A stretch of DNA of 56,022 nucleotides from a virus. Taxonomy: Duplodnaviria; Heunggongvirae; Uroviricota; Caudoviricetes. Below are positions 43,156 to 53,175 of this stretch, in pieces. The notes under the pieces are model-generated. The model ran no database searches and was not told the DNA's origin. It saw only the letters and a program-made list of their open reading frames with translations. The position numbers and the translations under genes are program-made. The stretch covers positions 1 through 56,022 of IMG/VR virus record IMGVR_UViG_2534681672_000003; one strand, given 5' to 3'. The first letter of the stretch is position 1. Each line of letters begins with the position of its first letter.

Positions 43156-43938
43156 TTAGGCGCAATACAAAGGATCATTAGCAGCTCTAATACCGCCCTG
43201 AATCGCAAGCCCTGTATGGCAATTTGACATTGAGCATGATTGCCATCTGTGCAAGCGACCTCCATTAATCGAAACTTCCAGCAGATCTTTATCTCCTTTC
43301 ATCCTGACCCCTTCATACAACATATCAAGACGCTCAACAATCAATCCTGTTGGAGGTTCCATTTTTAGAACGAGGGCAAACTCTCCTGGCCCACGTCGTA
43401 TTGTTATACGCGGGCCGGTACACTCCACATCCCAATTGTCTGATTTAGCTTTCCATTCATTTTCATCTATCAGTAAAGTCTCCTTACCAATAGAATTACA
43501 GAAAATTCCTGATAAAAGCATCGGTCCATGTGGTATGGGTGAAGGTTTCACAGAAAGAATGGGTTGTTCATTGACTACAATCAAATTTTGACAGTTATGA
43601 AACGTCACTCCTGCAAATTTTACTGTTATAGGCTCATTATGAAAATCAAACATTTCATTTGCAAAACCAGCCTGTAAGCACTTGGGATTTCTGTCAGCTA
43701 TTTCCACTGTCTGTGCTGAAAGTCTACCACGAGCTCTTTTTTGATTGCATTGGGAGCAAAGAAGTGTCATTCCATTCGGATCATGTACTTTGGCATCAAC
43801 GAAGTCAGGTTTAAAATGCTCATAATCATAAAATCCAAATCCACAAATTACACAGCCAAAGCCGCACCTTTGCCTTATCTGACGTTTTATTGTCTCAGGT
43901 ATTCTTCTTGAGAGCCCGTGTTTATTAATATTGTCCAT
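43156..43938 (-). CDS. HNH-nuclease-domain protein with uncharacterised C-terminal domain (AT-rich moron)
   Basis: N-terminal CGFGCVICG...YDYEHF...LLCSQCNQ HNH/zinc-finger motif; low GC; nin-region island. Confidence 0.6.
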   Translation of the reverse strand: MDNINKHGLSRRIPETIKRQIRQRCGFGCVICGFGFYDYEHFKPDFVDAKVHDPNGMTLLCSQCNQKRARGRLSAQTVEIADRNPKCLQAGFANEMFDFHNEPITVKFAGVTFHNCQNLIVVNEQPILSVKPSPIPHGPMLLSGIFCNSIGKETLLIDENEWKAKSDNWDVECTGPRITIRRGPGEFALVLKMEPPTGLIVERLDMLYEGVRMKGDKDLLEVSINGGRLHRWQSCSMSNCHTGLAIQGGIRAANDPLYCA

Positions 43939-44112
43939 ATGGTTAGTACGCTATAAGTTTGTTTCTATAATTTTACCACAATAGATAAGTTTGTATCAGA
44001 AATCGCTATATGGAGTGAGCGGAATATTTATATTATTCATGCAATTGCTCTCCCGTACGCAGCCCGCACTTCCGTCATCGCAGAATGACGGAAGCCTTAC
44101 TAACTAGCGCCT

Positions 44113-44436
44113 TTATTGAAACAGATTCTGAGGTAAATGCGGCAATACTCGACTCCACTTATCATCCTGCCACGGCTGAAGTTTTACATGTGCCGTTTCT
44201 CGGACGAGGATTGCTCGCGCTCTGTTGAGTATCTGGGGATATTCTTGCTCGATGGAAGTGAAGTGACCAGCTTCACCATGCTCCGCATCCTGAAGAAGAT
44301 GAGTAACGTTCTGGTAGGCAATTAACATCACATTCCCTGCTCGCCATAACCAGGCGAGTGTGCAAAGTTCGTTATCAGTGAATTGTTTTGTGATTGGGGA
44401 TTGTTGAACTGCTAGAACGAGAACGCCAGCATCCAT
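44113..44436 (-). CDS. hypothetical protein
   Basis: 107-aa ORF next to the HNH gene; no family recognised. Confidence 0.35.
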   Translation of the reverse strand: MDAGVLVLAVQQSPITKQFTDNELCTLAWLWRAGNVMLIAYQNVTHLLQDAEHGEAGHFTSIEQEYPQILNRARAILVRETAHVKLQPWQDDKWSRVLPHLPQNLFQ

Positions 44437-44547
44437 TGGCAGTCCCTATAGTAAAATCATAGCTCAGGACGCTTCGTTCAGGATAGATAATTTTATTGTA
44501 CTTACCTAACTTTCTTACTATAGCACGGTTGAAAAAGTGATTATTAC

Positions 44548-46074
44548 TCAAAAATAAACCTCACCATCAACCATATATTTGAGAGTACTTATCGCCTGCT
44601 GGGCGGATATTGTTTTCATTAAAGGATAGTGTTTAAAAACAATGCCATTCATAAAATAGATATCACAGGTTTTATTATCTGTATTGATTATGATTTTTTC
44701 GAATGTTTTATAGGCAAGTGTACGACATAGCTCTCGCCCATTTTTACTGGTTAAGTCAATAGCATGAAAATCACCAAGTGAGCTCACCGCTTTACTCTTC
44801 AAAGTTTTTAATGATACAGAAGCCCTTCGTAATTCCTTATCTAATACTCTGATTTTTTCTGCTATAGCGGTAACTTCAGGCGCAACAGATAATGCAGCAA
44901 TTAAATTATTAATTTTCATCTGAAGCTCAATAATTTTTAACTCTAAAGTTTCATTAGCATCTTTCTTGTTTTCAACTGGTTGAATTTTGCTACAATTAAA
45001 AAGCAATTCATTAATGATATTATAATCAACCAAATCTCTTTTTATTGATGGCCTGTCACATCGATGTAATCTTCTCATCGGACAAACATAATAGCCATGC
45101 AAACTTCCAGATACCGCATGAACAATCATGGTATTACCACAAGCCTCACACTTCATAACTGTTCGAAGTAGATTTATTAGCATAGGATTCTTGCTACTAT
45201 TGCTAATACCAAAAGGTGCCAACCGAATTTCCTGTACAGCGTAAAACAAATCATCTGATATGACTCTGGGATAATAGCCAGCGATTTCACTTATCCCTTT
45301 CCCTCTTGCACGATATGAAGGTACGCATATACCTATCAGAGCTTTATTCGCTAATAATTTTTCAATTACAGAAGGTCCCCATGCACTTTCTTTTCCTGAG
45401 AAATTCTTTACAGCATGATCATTTAAATACTTGGCTATTGCATTCAATGAGCGCCTTTCCATCCTGAGTTTAAAAATTAGCTCAATAGTTTTCACCCTGT
45501 CGGGGTCTGGAACAAAAGCCGTTCTTTTGTCATCCAATGAGAGCCATCTCGGACAAGACGCCGTCATAATCGTACCTGATTCCAGTGCATCCTGCCGTTT
45601 TTTCTTCCATGATAATTTAACCCGACTTGACTTTATCTCGCTTTCTTCATTTGCCCTTTGTGCTATAAGTATGGCTTTTATTAATGAATATGGCTCATTC
45701 AAAGAGTCAATATTATAGACTGTATTGTCGCAAAGAGTTATAACATCAATACCGTGATTCAAAATCAATTTCAGACGTTCAATCGCTTCACCGACTTTTT
45801 CTCTTGAAAGTCTGTCCAGACTTTCAACTAACAATGTAGTTCCTGGCAATATATAACCATGCTCTATAGCATCTAAAAATTCCGAAAAAGCTCCTGATTG
45901 TGCATGCTTTCCTTTGAATGCACTTAATCCTAAATCTTCATATGTTATGGTATCAAGATAATAATCACTATTTACCTTTAACCATTCAGCAATAAGTCTT
46001 CTCTGTCGGTTTAATGAGTCACCAGACATCTGACCTGGTGATGAAAATCGCATATATGCTATGGCTTTTTTCAT
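44548..46074 (-). CDS. large serine recombinase (DLP12 YbcK-like)
   Basis: N-terminal resolvase domain AIAYMRFSSPGQ...SLNRQ, recombinase domain, and zinc ribbon CEACGN...YYVCP. Confidence 0.85.
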   Translation of the reverse strand: MKKAIAYMRFSSPGQMSGDSLNRQRRLIAEWLKVNSDYYLDTITYEDLGLSAFKGKHAQSGAFSEFLDAIEHGYILPGTTLLVESLDRLSREKVGEAIERLKLILNHGIDVITLCDNTVYNIDSLNEPYSLIKAILIAQRANEESEIKSSRVKLSWKKKRQDALESGTIMTASCPRWLSLDDKRTAFVPDPDRVKTIELIFKLRMERRSLNAIAKYLNDHAVKNFSGKESAWGPSVIEKLLANKALIGICVPSYRARGKGISEIAGYYPRVISDDLFYAVQEIRLAPFGISNSSKNPMLINLLRTVMKCEACGNTMIVHAVSGSLHGYYVCPMRRLHRCDRPSIKRDLVDYNIINELLFNCSKIQPVENKKDANETLELKIIELQMKINNLIAALSVAPEVTAIAEKIRVLDKELRRASVSLKTLKSKAVSSLGDFHAIDLTSKNGRELCRTLAYKTFEKIIINTDNKTCDIYFMNGIVFKHYPLMKTISAQQAISTLKYMVDGEVYF

Positions 46075-46328
46075 GGTGACACCTGCTAACGTATGCTTTT
46101 ATAAACCTTAGTGGTGGGATATAATTTTTGTTTAATTTTTATTTAAAAAGACAATTAAGGTCACATTATCTTGAATATACAACAATAATCGTATTGCAAT
46201 TTTCTTACGCCATAATCTTGAAAGCACAAAAGAATACATAAAAAATAAAGACATTAACAAAAAGCATAAAACGAGGCTCATATAAATATAAGAGCCTCCA
46301 TATTTTAGTCGTTTAGAAACAAATTATT

Positions 46329-46661
46329 TTAATGTGGTGTGCTTCGTGACAATAAATTAATAACCAACACACCGGCACAAATCAACATCATGCCTATAAT
46401 GGCTGGCAGGTCCAGCCGTTGGCCGAAAAGTCCCCATGACAGTAAGCTAATCAGGACAATACCGACTCCTGACCAGATAGCATAAGCAATCCCTGTAGGA
46501 ATATAAGCCAGCGTCTGAGCTAATAACCAGAATGATGCACAATAACAAATAATTGTACCAACAGATGGCCATAACCGTGTAAAACCTTCTGAAAACTTCA
46601 TTAAGGTTGTACCAATGACCTCTGCAAGTATTGCACCACCAAGATAAATATAAGGGTTCAT
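46329..46661 (-). CDS. emrE: small multidrug resistance efflux protein EmrE
   Basis: MNPYIYLGGAILAEVIGTTLMKFSEGF... matches EmrE; trimmed to the internal ATG. Confidence 0.92.
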   Translation of the reverse strand: MNPYIYLGGAILAEVIGTTLMKFSEGFTRLWPSVGTIICYCASFWLLAQTLAYIPTGIAYAIWSGVGIVLISLLSWGLFGQRLDLPAIIGMMLICAGVLVINLLSRSTPH

Positions 46662-46728
46662 AGCATATTCTTTCCTGTTCAAACTGGAGAGAATTGTACT
46701 ACAGTTTGAACTCAACTCACCTGTTTCA

Positions 46729-47031
46729 TCATTGTGTACCCATTGATGTTCTTTTATATACCCTCAATACCCGTTTCATCGCGGCACTCTGGCGACACTC
46801 CTTAAAAATCAGATTCGTGCTCACCTTTCCTTCCCGTTCTTCTCTGGTAGCGAACCGGTAATACACCGTTCGCCAGACCTTACCATCAACGACCAGGATT
46901 CCTGCCCGCGCCATTTTAGCCGCAGCCTGATTTATGCTGGTTACGGTTGCGCCTGTTACCGCGGCAACGTCCTGCGCACAGAAGTTCTTATGAGTCCCCA
47001 GGTAATGAATAATTGCCTCTTTGCCCGTCAT
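46729..47031 (-). CDS. ren: Ren (Rex exclusion escape)
   Basis: MTGKEAIIHYLGTH... matches lambda Ren. Confidence 0.9.
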   Translation of the reverse strand: MTGKEAIIHYLGTHKNFCAQDVAAVTGATVTSINQAAAKMARAGILVVDGKVWRTVYYRFATREEREGKVSTNLIFKECRQSAAMKRVLRVYKRTSMGTQ

Positions 47032-47729
47032 ACACTTGCTCCTTTAAGCCCAAACTTAGCTTTGATTTCTGCGATCTTCGCCAGAGCCTGTGCACGATTT
47101 AGAGGTCTACCGCCCATGACAGGAAGTTGTTTTACTGGTTCAGGTATAGCCTCACCACGGTTAATTCGCGCTGTCATACAGGTCAGTTCATCGGCAGCCT
47201 TGCGCCGTAATTCCGCGTCAGTCAGCGCATTGGCTCGCATGTTCTGGTACAGGTTGGTAACCAGCCAGTAGTGCGCGTTCGATTTCCATGGATAAGACTC
47301 TGCGTCCGGATACAGGCCACGCTTCCGGCAATACTCGTAAACCATATCAACCAGCTCGCTGGCGTTTGGCAGCCCGGCGGTAATGGATGCTTCTTCCCGG
47401 CACCAGGCGACAAACTGCCCGGGTGATGGCAGGAATGGTCGATTCTGCCGACGGGCTACGCGCATTCCTGCGTTAACCTGTTCCATTGTGGTGATCCCGT
47501 TTTCCCGGAAAGCCAGCACCCACTGGCGGCGGATTTCGTTCAGTTCGTTCTGGTCCCGGTTAGCCAGGCTCGCCGGGAAAGTTGCTAGTAACTGGCTGAA
47601 CACACCATTGATGATCTGCGCTACCTGTTGTACCTGCGGCTTTTCGTCGTACTGTTCCGGCATGTTGTTGGCGATCCGACGCATCTGCTCACGGTCAAAG
47701 TTAACCATCTGTGCGGCGATGTTTTTCAT
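47028..47729 (-). CDS. P: replication protein P (DnaB loader)
   Basis: 233 aa, lambda P-like. Confidence 0.95.
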   Translation of the reverse strand: MKNIAAQMVNFDREQMRRIANNMPEQYDEKPQVQQVAQIINGVFSQLLATFPASLANRDQNELNEIRRQWVLAFRENGITTMEQVNAGMRVARRQNRPFLPSPGQFVAWCREEASITAGLPNASELVDMVYEYCRKRGLYPDAESYPWKSNAHYWLVTNLYQNMRANALTDAELRRKAADELTCMTARINRGEAIPEPVKQLPVMGGRPLNRAQALAKIAEIKAKFGLKGASV

Positions 47730-48655
47730 AGCTCCACCCCGTAAATCCAGTCAGTGTTCGTCAGGTCGAGTTTTGGTTTGCTGGCTATCACGCCTGCCTG
47801 TTGCTTGTTACGGTTGATTTCGAGTTGGGTCCACTTATCGCGGAGTTTGGCCGGGCTCAGCACGTTACCGGACCAGAAGTTGTCCTGGCATGCCCAGCGG
47901 AACAGCACGCACATGTCGCGGTGGTTACGTCCGTCACGTTCACGCATCAGGCGGATATCGTTAGCCCACCCAGCAAAATTCGGTTTTCTGGCTGATGGTG
48001 CGATAGTCTTCACCATGTCAAACATCCACTCTGCGGCGGTCAGGTCTTCTGCTGTCCCCCACTTGCTGCCGCTCTGAATTGCAGCATCCGGTTTCACCAC
48101 AGGAAGATCGTTTTCTGGCTGGTCAGAGGATTCGCCAGAATTCTCGGACGAAAAAGGTTTTATATTGTCTTTTGTTAGTTTGTCTTTTGTGTTTACCTGA
48201 TTCGGGTAAACGCCTTTACCTGATTTGGGTAAACTTTTCTTACCTGATTCAGGTAAATTTACCTCTTTCAGGTAAACTTTATTTTTCTTACCTGATTCGG
48301 GTAATGTTGACCATTCACTGACCACATTATTAATGCCGATATTCCGCCCGCTCTGAATAAGAATCCCACGCTTTACCAGAACGCTTTTTGCAGCAGAACA
48401 CTTGTGCGGCAATATCCCGGTCAATTCGGAAAGTTGCTCGTTGCTCACCCAATCCAGTCTTTTATTAAAGCCATATGTTTTGCGCATGACAGCCAGAAAG
48501 ACCAGAAGCTGGTGCTGTGTTAATCCGGTCAGCATCACAGCTTCCAGCAACTCATTTGCAATGCGCGTATAACCATCATCGAGATCTGCCACGCGCGGCT
48601 CCTTTTGTGCCGCATCCGGCACTGGAAAATTGAATATCTCAGCAGTGTTTGCCAT
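47726..48655 (-). CDS. O: replication initiator O (lambda-type fold with its own N-terminal iteron-binding specificity)
   Basis: Homology to lambda O begins at MANTAEIFNF after a GGGAGG RBS; the ORF track offers a longer version from 48745. Confidence 0.8.
   Translation of the reverse strand: MANTAEIFNFPVPDAAQKEPRVADLDDGYTRIANELLEAVMLTGLTQHQLLVFLAVMRKTYGFNKRLDWVSNEQLSELTGILPHKCSAAKSVLVKRGILIQSGRNIGINNVVSEWSTLPESGKKNKVYLKEVNLPESGKKSLPKSGKGVYPNQVNTKDKLTKDNIKPFSSENSGESSDQPENDLPVVKPDAAIQSGSKWGTAEDLTAAEWMFDMVKTIAPSARKPNFAGWANDIRLMRERDGRNHRDMCVLFRWACQDNFWSGNVLSPAKLRDKWTQLEINRNKQQAGVIASKPKLDLTNTDWIYGVEL
48192..48305. repeat. ori iterons inside O: 5 copies of about 19 bp TTACCTGAttCgGGTAAAC (each an inverted repeat), with AT-rich tract at 48140-48190
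   Basis: Regular spacing; architecture parallels lambda ori within O. Confidence 0.75.
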
Positions 48656-48741
48656 AATTCCTCCCGCAATGAGTGTGTTACGATTTGCACCTGAAAGTCG
48701 GTTCTGTTCCAGCAGACCGGCTTTCGCCATTTCTGAACCTG

Positions 48742-49281
48742 TCATATCGCCCCCAGCATGGTAGTAACCATCGCCATCAATGGACCAGCCAGATCTGGGT
48801 CCACACGAAACATCGACACAATACCTTCACTAATTTCCTTCAGTTTCTGGTGGCGTGGTGCGTTGAGAATGACAGCCTGTTTTGCCTCACTGAGTTCCTT
48901 TTCCATTTCAGCCAACCTAGCCATGAAGCTATCCTGCTCAACCAGGTAACCGCGATATTCCAGCGGTAGTACCGCCAGAATTGCCGGGGTCAGTTCACGC
49001 ACGTTATTTCGGTATTTTTCAGAATCGAATTTGTTATCGAGGAAGCGGAACAGCTTCTGGCGTGCACGGCTGACATCATCAGGGAAATCGATGGTGCCGC
49101 CGCCCTGCTCCCGATACTCATTCACAATGAGTGTGGCAACGACATCCTGATTATCTACAGCCGACCAGGCGCGGACGGCATCACGGATTTTTTCGTGGCC
49201 TGGCACCTGTTTTGTTTGAGAACGATTTATCACCGCAGTCGGGCTAAATCCGCTAGTCTGTTGGTATGTAAGTGGTTGCAT
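48742..49281 (-). CDS. regulatory protein in the cII position (family uncertain)
   Basis: 179-aa ORF between the cro-like gene and O; no confident family assignment. Confidence 0.4.
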   Translation of the reverse strand: MQPLTYQQTSGFSPTAVINRSQTKQVPGHEKIRDAVRAWSAVDNQDVVATLIVNEYREQGGGTIDFPDDVSRARQKLFRFLDNKFDSEKYRNNVRELTPAILAVLPLEYRGYLVEQDSFMARLAEMEKELSEAKQAVILNAPRHQKLKEISEGIVSMFRVDPDLAGPLMAMVTTMLGAI

Positions 49282-49350
49282 AATTGACTCCTTTAGTTTG
49301 AATTGACTGTTAAGTTGATTGCTTATTGTTAAAGAGCGTGAAATGGAAAT

Positions 49351-49581
49351 TTAAGCTGCGTTCTTTTCGGTGTGTGGAAACAACTTCGGAAGATCCGGGC
49401 GAATCTGGTATGCCTTCACTACTCCACCAGTAGCCGTAACAATGCTGCCGACATGTTCAGGGGATACCTTTGCTTTGTTGTGAAGCCACTTATAGACGGC
49501 CTGCTGTGAAACTTCGCAAGCAGCGCCCAGTTTCTTTTGTGAACCAACGATATTGATCGCTGTTTTGATAGCTGGGTTCAT
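49351..49581 (-). CDS. Cro-like HTH repressor
   Basis: 76 aa with HTH KKLGAACEVSQQAVYKWL; GGAGG RBS; divergent from the repressor gene. Confidence 0.75.
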   Translation of the reverse strand: MNPAIKTAINIVGSQKKLGAACEVSQQAVYKWLHNKAKVSPEHVGSIVTATGGVVKAYQIRPDLPKLFPHTEKNAA

Positions 49582-49685
49582 AACAACCTCCGTGGTTAAT
49601 TTGAATCAAGATTAAAACTATGGTTGTTTTTAGTCAACAACCATTTTCGTTTGATGGAATAAAACCTTGGTTGTACATTTGGACT
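49582..49685. promoter_or_regulatory. immunity operator/promoter region with ATGGTTG...CAACCAT inverted repeats
   Basis: Palindromic half-sites repeated between the divergent cro-like and cI-like starts. Confidence 0.6.
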
Positions 49686-50375
49686 ATGAAAACAACACTC
49701 TCAGAAAGACTTAAAGAAGCCAGATTAGCGCGAGGCCTTACACAAAAGGCGCTTGGGGATTTGGTCGGGGTTAGCCAGGCTGCTATTCAGAAAATCGAAA
49801 CAGGGAAAGCTAATCAAACAACTAAAATCGTGGAGATCGCGAACGCTTTGGGTGTGCGCGCAGAATGGTTATCTTCTGGCGTTGGAAATATGTCAGACAG
49901 TACAGTGCAACCAATACAATCAACTGTCAGCCATTCCAAATACTTCAAGATTGACGTTCTTGATATAGAAGTCAGTGCTGGGCCGGGAGTCATCAACCGT
50001 GAGTTTGTAGAAGTTCTACGCTCGGTTGAGTACTCGTTTGACGATGCTCGTCACATGTTCGATGGTAGGAAGGCGGAAAATATCCGCATCATTAACGTGC
50101 GTGGTGACAGCATGTCAGGAACGATCGAACCAGGTGATCTGCTGTTCGTTGATATCACAGTTAAATCTTTCGACGGTGATGGTATCTATGCGTTTCTGTA
50201 CGACGACACAGCCCATGTAAAGCGCCTGCAAATGATGAAGGATAAGCTGCTGGTCATCTCTGATAACAAAAGCTACTCACCGTGGGACCCGATCGAGAAA
50301 GACGAGATGAACCGGGTGTTCATCTTCGGTAAGGTTATTGGGAGCATGCCGCAGACATATAGGAAGCATGGGTAG
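49686..50375 (+). CDS. CI-type repressor (HTH plus LexA-like S24 autopeptidase domain)
   Basis: HTH LTQKALGDLVGVSQAAIQKIE; C-terminal GDSM serine and KR lysine motifs; trimmed to the ATG at 49686. Confidence 0.88.
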   Translation: MKTTLSERLKEARLARGLTQKALGDLVGVSQAAIQKIETGKANQTTKIVEIANALGVRAEWLSSGVGNMSDSTVQPIQSTVSHSKYFKIDVLDIEVSAGPGVINREFVEVLRSVEYSFDDARHMFDGRKAENIRIINVRGDSMSGTIEPGDLLFVDITVKSFDGDGIYAFLYDDTAHVKRLQMMKDKLLVISDNKSYSPWDPIEKDEMNRVFIFGKVIGSMPQTYRKHG

Positions 50376-50496
50376 TACCAATTAAAAATTATCAACTGGG
50401 CATTGTGCTCATTCAGTAAAGAACTAATTCCTATCTTTGCTCTAGGTAGTAATATTAAGCCACCGCAATAATATCTTTACCTAACGGCGTAAGAAT

Positions 50497-50521
50497 CCCG
50501 GTCACCGTGCCGGGTTTTCTT
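50497..50521 (+). terminator. rho-independent terminator after the repressor gene
   Basis: CCCGG-loop-CCGGG hairpin followed by TTTTCTTTT. Confidence 0.6.
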
Positions 50522-50886
50522 TTGCCCTCCCCTCATCACACACACCGTTAAAAAAACCACCATAACCTCGCTTCAGTTATCGCTATGCGATTCAAGTCAC
50601 AAAATAAATCCATCCTAAATACAACCAGTTATATCTAAAACAGCCAATAAAACAACTTTTGTTGTTGACGATAAAACAACTATAGTTTTAAATAAGTTCA
50701 TCGCAACAACACAACGATACGGCAACTACCTGATTCACCGTTGCGATGACCGCTTAGATCCGCAGTTTGAATTTCAGCAGGCTTCGGGGAGTGCGAGGGG
50801 TGAAACGGACGCGTGAACGTCGGTGTGACCAGCTGAAATTAACTCAACATTTCATACCTTAGTCGCTTCAACGAGGCGGCTTAGTT

Positions 50887-51177
50887 ATGACAACCGGCGG
50901 CCATCCACCGCCTGAATACGCGCAGAAGTCTCTATATGTTCAGCAGCCCAGCTTACGGGCAGGAGTTTTTATGGTTCATCAACATTATGGAACGCAGACC
51001 GTTAATCGAGGTGCGGTCATGCCAGGAATGCTGGTCAAACACAAAGATGGTACCTGGACTGCATCAGCTAATTTACGCGGACGGCTTTATCTGCATCGCG
51101 GCATCGAGCGCACTTATACCCGTGATTTGCTCGTGGAAGTTTTTCTCGACGGACGCGGTAACGGCCTGAATCACTAA
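50887..51177 (+). CDS. hypothetical protein (early-left operon)
   Basis: 96-aa ORF; not N-, cIII- or Kil-like by eye. Confidence 0.3.
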   Translation: MTTGGHPPPEYAQKSLYVQQPSLRAGVFMVHQHYGTQTVNRGAVMPGMLVKHKDGTWTASANLRGRLYLHRGIERTYTRDLLVEVFLDGRGNGLNH

Positions 51178-51252
51178 TCCCCTTTCCTGTTTTCCTAATC
51201 AGCCTGGCATTTCGCGGGCGATATTTTCACAGCCATTTTCAGGAGGTCAGCC

Positions 51253-51549
51253 ATGAACGCTTATTACATTCAGGATCGTCTTGAGGCTCAGAGCTGGGCG
51301 CGTCACTACCAGCAGATCGCCCGTGAAGAGAAAGAGGCAGAACTGGCAGACGACATGGAAAAAGGCCTGCCCCAGCACCTGTTTGAATCGCTATGCATCG
51401 ATCATTTGCAACGCCACGGGGCCAGCAAAAAAGCCATTACCCGTGCGTTTGATGACGATGTTGAGTTTCAGGAGCGCATGGCAGAACACATCCAGTACAT
51501 GGTTGAAACCATTGCTCACCACCAGGTTGATATTGATTCAGAGGTATAA
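51253..51549 (+). CDS. gam: Gam (RecBCD inhibitor, short GamS form)
   Basis: [21 protein letters not shown]... matches lambda GamS. Confidence 0.93.
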   Translation: MNAYYIQDRLEAQSWARHYQQIAREEKEAELADDMEKGLPQHLFESLCIDHLQRHGASKKAITRAFDDDVEFQERMAEHIQYMVETIAHHQVDIDSEV

Positions 51550-51554
51550 AACGG

Positions 51555-52340
51555 ATGAGTACAGCACTCGCAACGCTGGCAGGGAAGCTGGCTGAACGTG
51601 TCGGCATGGATTCTGTCGACCCACAGGAACTGATCACCACTCTTCGCCAGACGGCATTTAAAGGTGATGCCAGCGATGCGCAGTTCATCGCATTGTTGAT
51701 CGTCGCCAACCAGTACGGCCTTAATCCGTGGACGAAAGAAATTTACGCCTTCCCTGATAAGCAGAACGGCATCGTTCCGGTGGTGGGCGTTGATGGCTGG
51801 TCCCGCATCATCAATGAAAACCAGCAGTTTGATGGCATGGACTTTGAGCAGAACAATGAATCCTGTACATGCCGGATTTACCGCAAGGACCGTAATCATC
51901 CGATCTGCGTTACCGAATGGATGGATGAATGCCGCCGCGAACCATTCAAAACTCGCGAAGGCAGAGAAATCACGGGGCCGTGGCAGTCGCATCCCAAACG
52001 GATGTTACGGCATAAAGCCATGATTCAGTGTGCCCGTCTGGCCTTCGGATTTGCTGGTATCTATGACAAGGATGAAGCCGAGCGCATTGTCGAAAATACT
52101 GCATACACTGCAGAACGTCAGCCAGAACGCGACATCACTCCGGTTAACGATGAAACCATGCAGGAGATTAACACTCTGCTGATCGCCCTGGATAAAACAT
52201 GGGATGACGACTTATTGCCGCTCTGTTCCCAGATATTTCGCCGCGACATTCGCGCATCGTCAGAACTGACACAGGCCGAAGCAGTGAAAGCTCTTGGATT
52301 CCTGAAACAGAAAGCCACTGAGCAGAAGGTGGCAGCATGA
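51555..52340 (+). CDS. bet: Bet (Red-beta single-strand annealing protein)
   Basis: 261 aa, lambda Bet-like. Confidence 0.96.
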   Translation: MSTALATLAGKLAERVGMDSVDPQELITTLRQTAFKGDASDAQFIALLIVANQYGLNPWTKEIYAFPDKQNGIVPVVGVDGWSRIINENQQFDGMDFEQNNESCTCRIYRKDRNHPICVTEWMDECRREPFKTREGREITGPWQSHPKRMLRHKAMIQCARLAFGFAGIYDKDEAERIVENTAYTAERQPERDITPVNDETMQEINTLLIALDKTWDDDLLPLCSQIFRRDIRASSELTQAEAVKALGFLKQKATEQKVAA

Positions 52341-53017
52341 CACCGGACATTATCCTGCAGCGTACCGGGATCGACGTGAGAGCTGTCGAACAGGGGGATG
52401 ATGCATGGCACAAATTACGGCTCGGCGTCATCACCGCTTCAGAAGTTCACAACGTGATAGCAAAGCCCCGCTCAGGAAAGAAGTGGCCTGACATGAAAAT
52501 GTCCTACTTCCACACCCTGCTGGCTGAGGTTTGCACCGGTGTGGCTCCGGAAGTTAATGCTAAGGCGCTGGCCTGGGGAAAACAGTACGAGAACGACGCC
52601 AGAACCCTGTTTGAATTCACTTCCGGCGTGAATGTTACTGAATCCCCGATCATCTATCGCGACGAAAGTATGCGCACCGCCTGCTCTCCCGATGGTTTAT
52701 GCAGTGACGGCAACGGCCTTGAACTGAAATGCCCGTTTACCTCCCGGGATTTCATGAAGTTCCGGCTCGGTGGTTTCGAGGCCATAAAATCGGCTTACAT
52801 GGCCCAGGTGCAGTACAGCATGTGGGTGACGCGAAAAGATGCCTGGTACTTTGCCAACTATGACCCGCGTATGAAGCGTGAAGGCCTGCATTATGTCGTG
52901 ATTGAGCGGAATGAAAAGTACATGGCGAATTTTGACGAGATGGTGCCGGAGTTCATCGAAAAAATGGACGTGGCACTGGCTGAAATTGGTTTTGTATTTG
53001 GGGAGCAATGGCGATGA
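52337..53017 (+). CDS. exo: lambda exonuclease Exo (Red-alpha)
   Basis: 226 aa, lambda Exo-like. Confidence 0.96.
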   Translation: MTPDIILQRTGIDVRAVEQGDDAWHKLRLGVITASEVHNVIAKPRSGKKWPDMKMSYFHTLLAEVCTGVAPEVNAKALAWGKQYENDARTLFEFTSGVNVTESPIIYRDESMRTACSPDGLCSDGNGLELKCPFTSRDFMKFRLGGFEAIKSAYMAQVQYSMWVTRKDAWYFANYDPRMKREGLHYVVIERNEKYMANFDEMVPEFIEKMDVALAEIGFVFGEQWR

Positions 53018-53175
53018 AGCATCCTCACGATAATATCCGGGTAGGCGCGATCACTTTCATCTACTCCGTTACAAAGCGAGGCTGGGTATTTCCCGGCCTT
53101 TCTGTTATCAGAAATCCACTGAAAGCACAGCGGCTGGCTGAGGCGATAAATAATAAACGGGGGCTGTATGACTGA
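53014..53175 (+). CDS. small hypothetical protein
   Basis: 53-aa ORF read by hand; overlaps the exo stop and the methyltransferase start. Confidence 0.3.
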   Translation: MKHPHDNIRVGAITFIYSVTKRGWVFPGLSVIRNPLKAQRLAEAINNKRGLYD

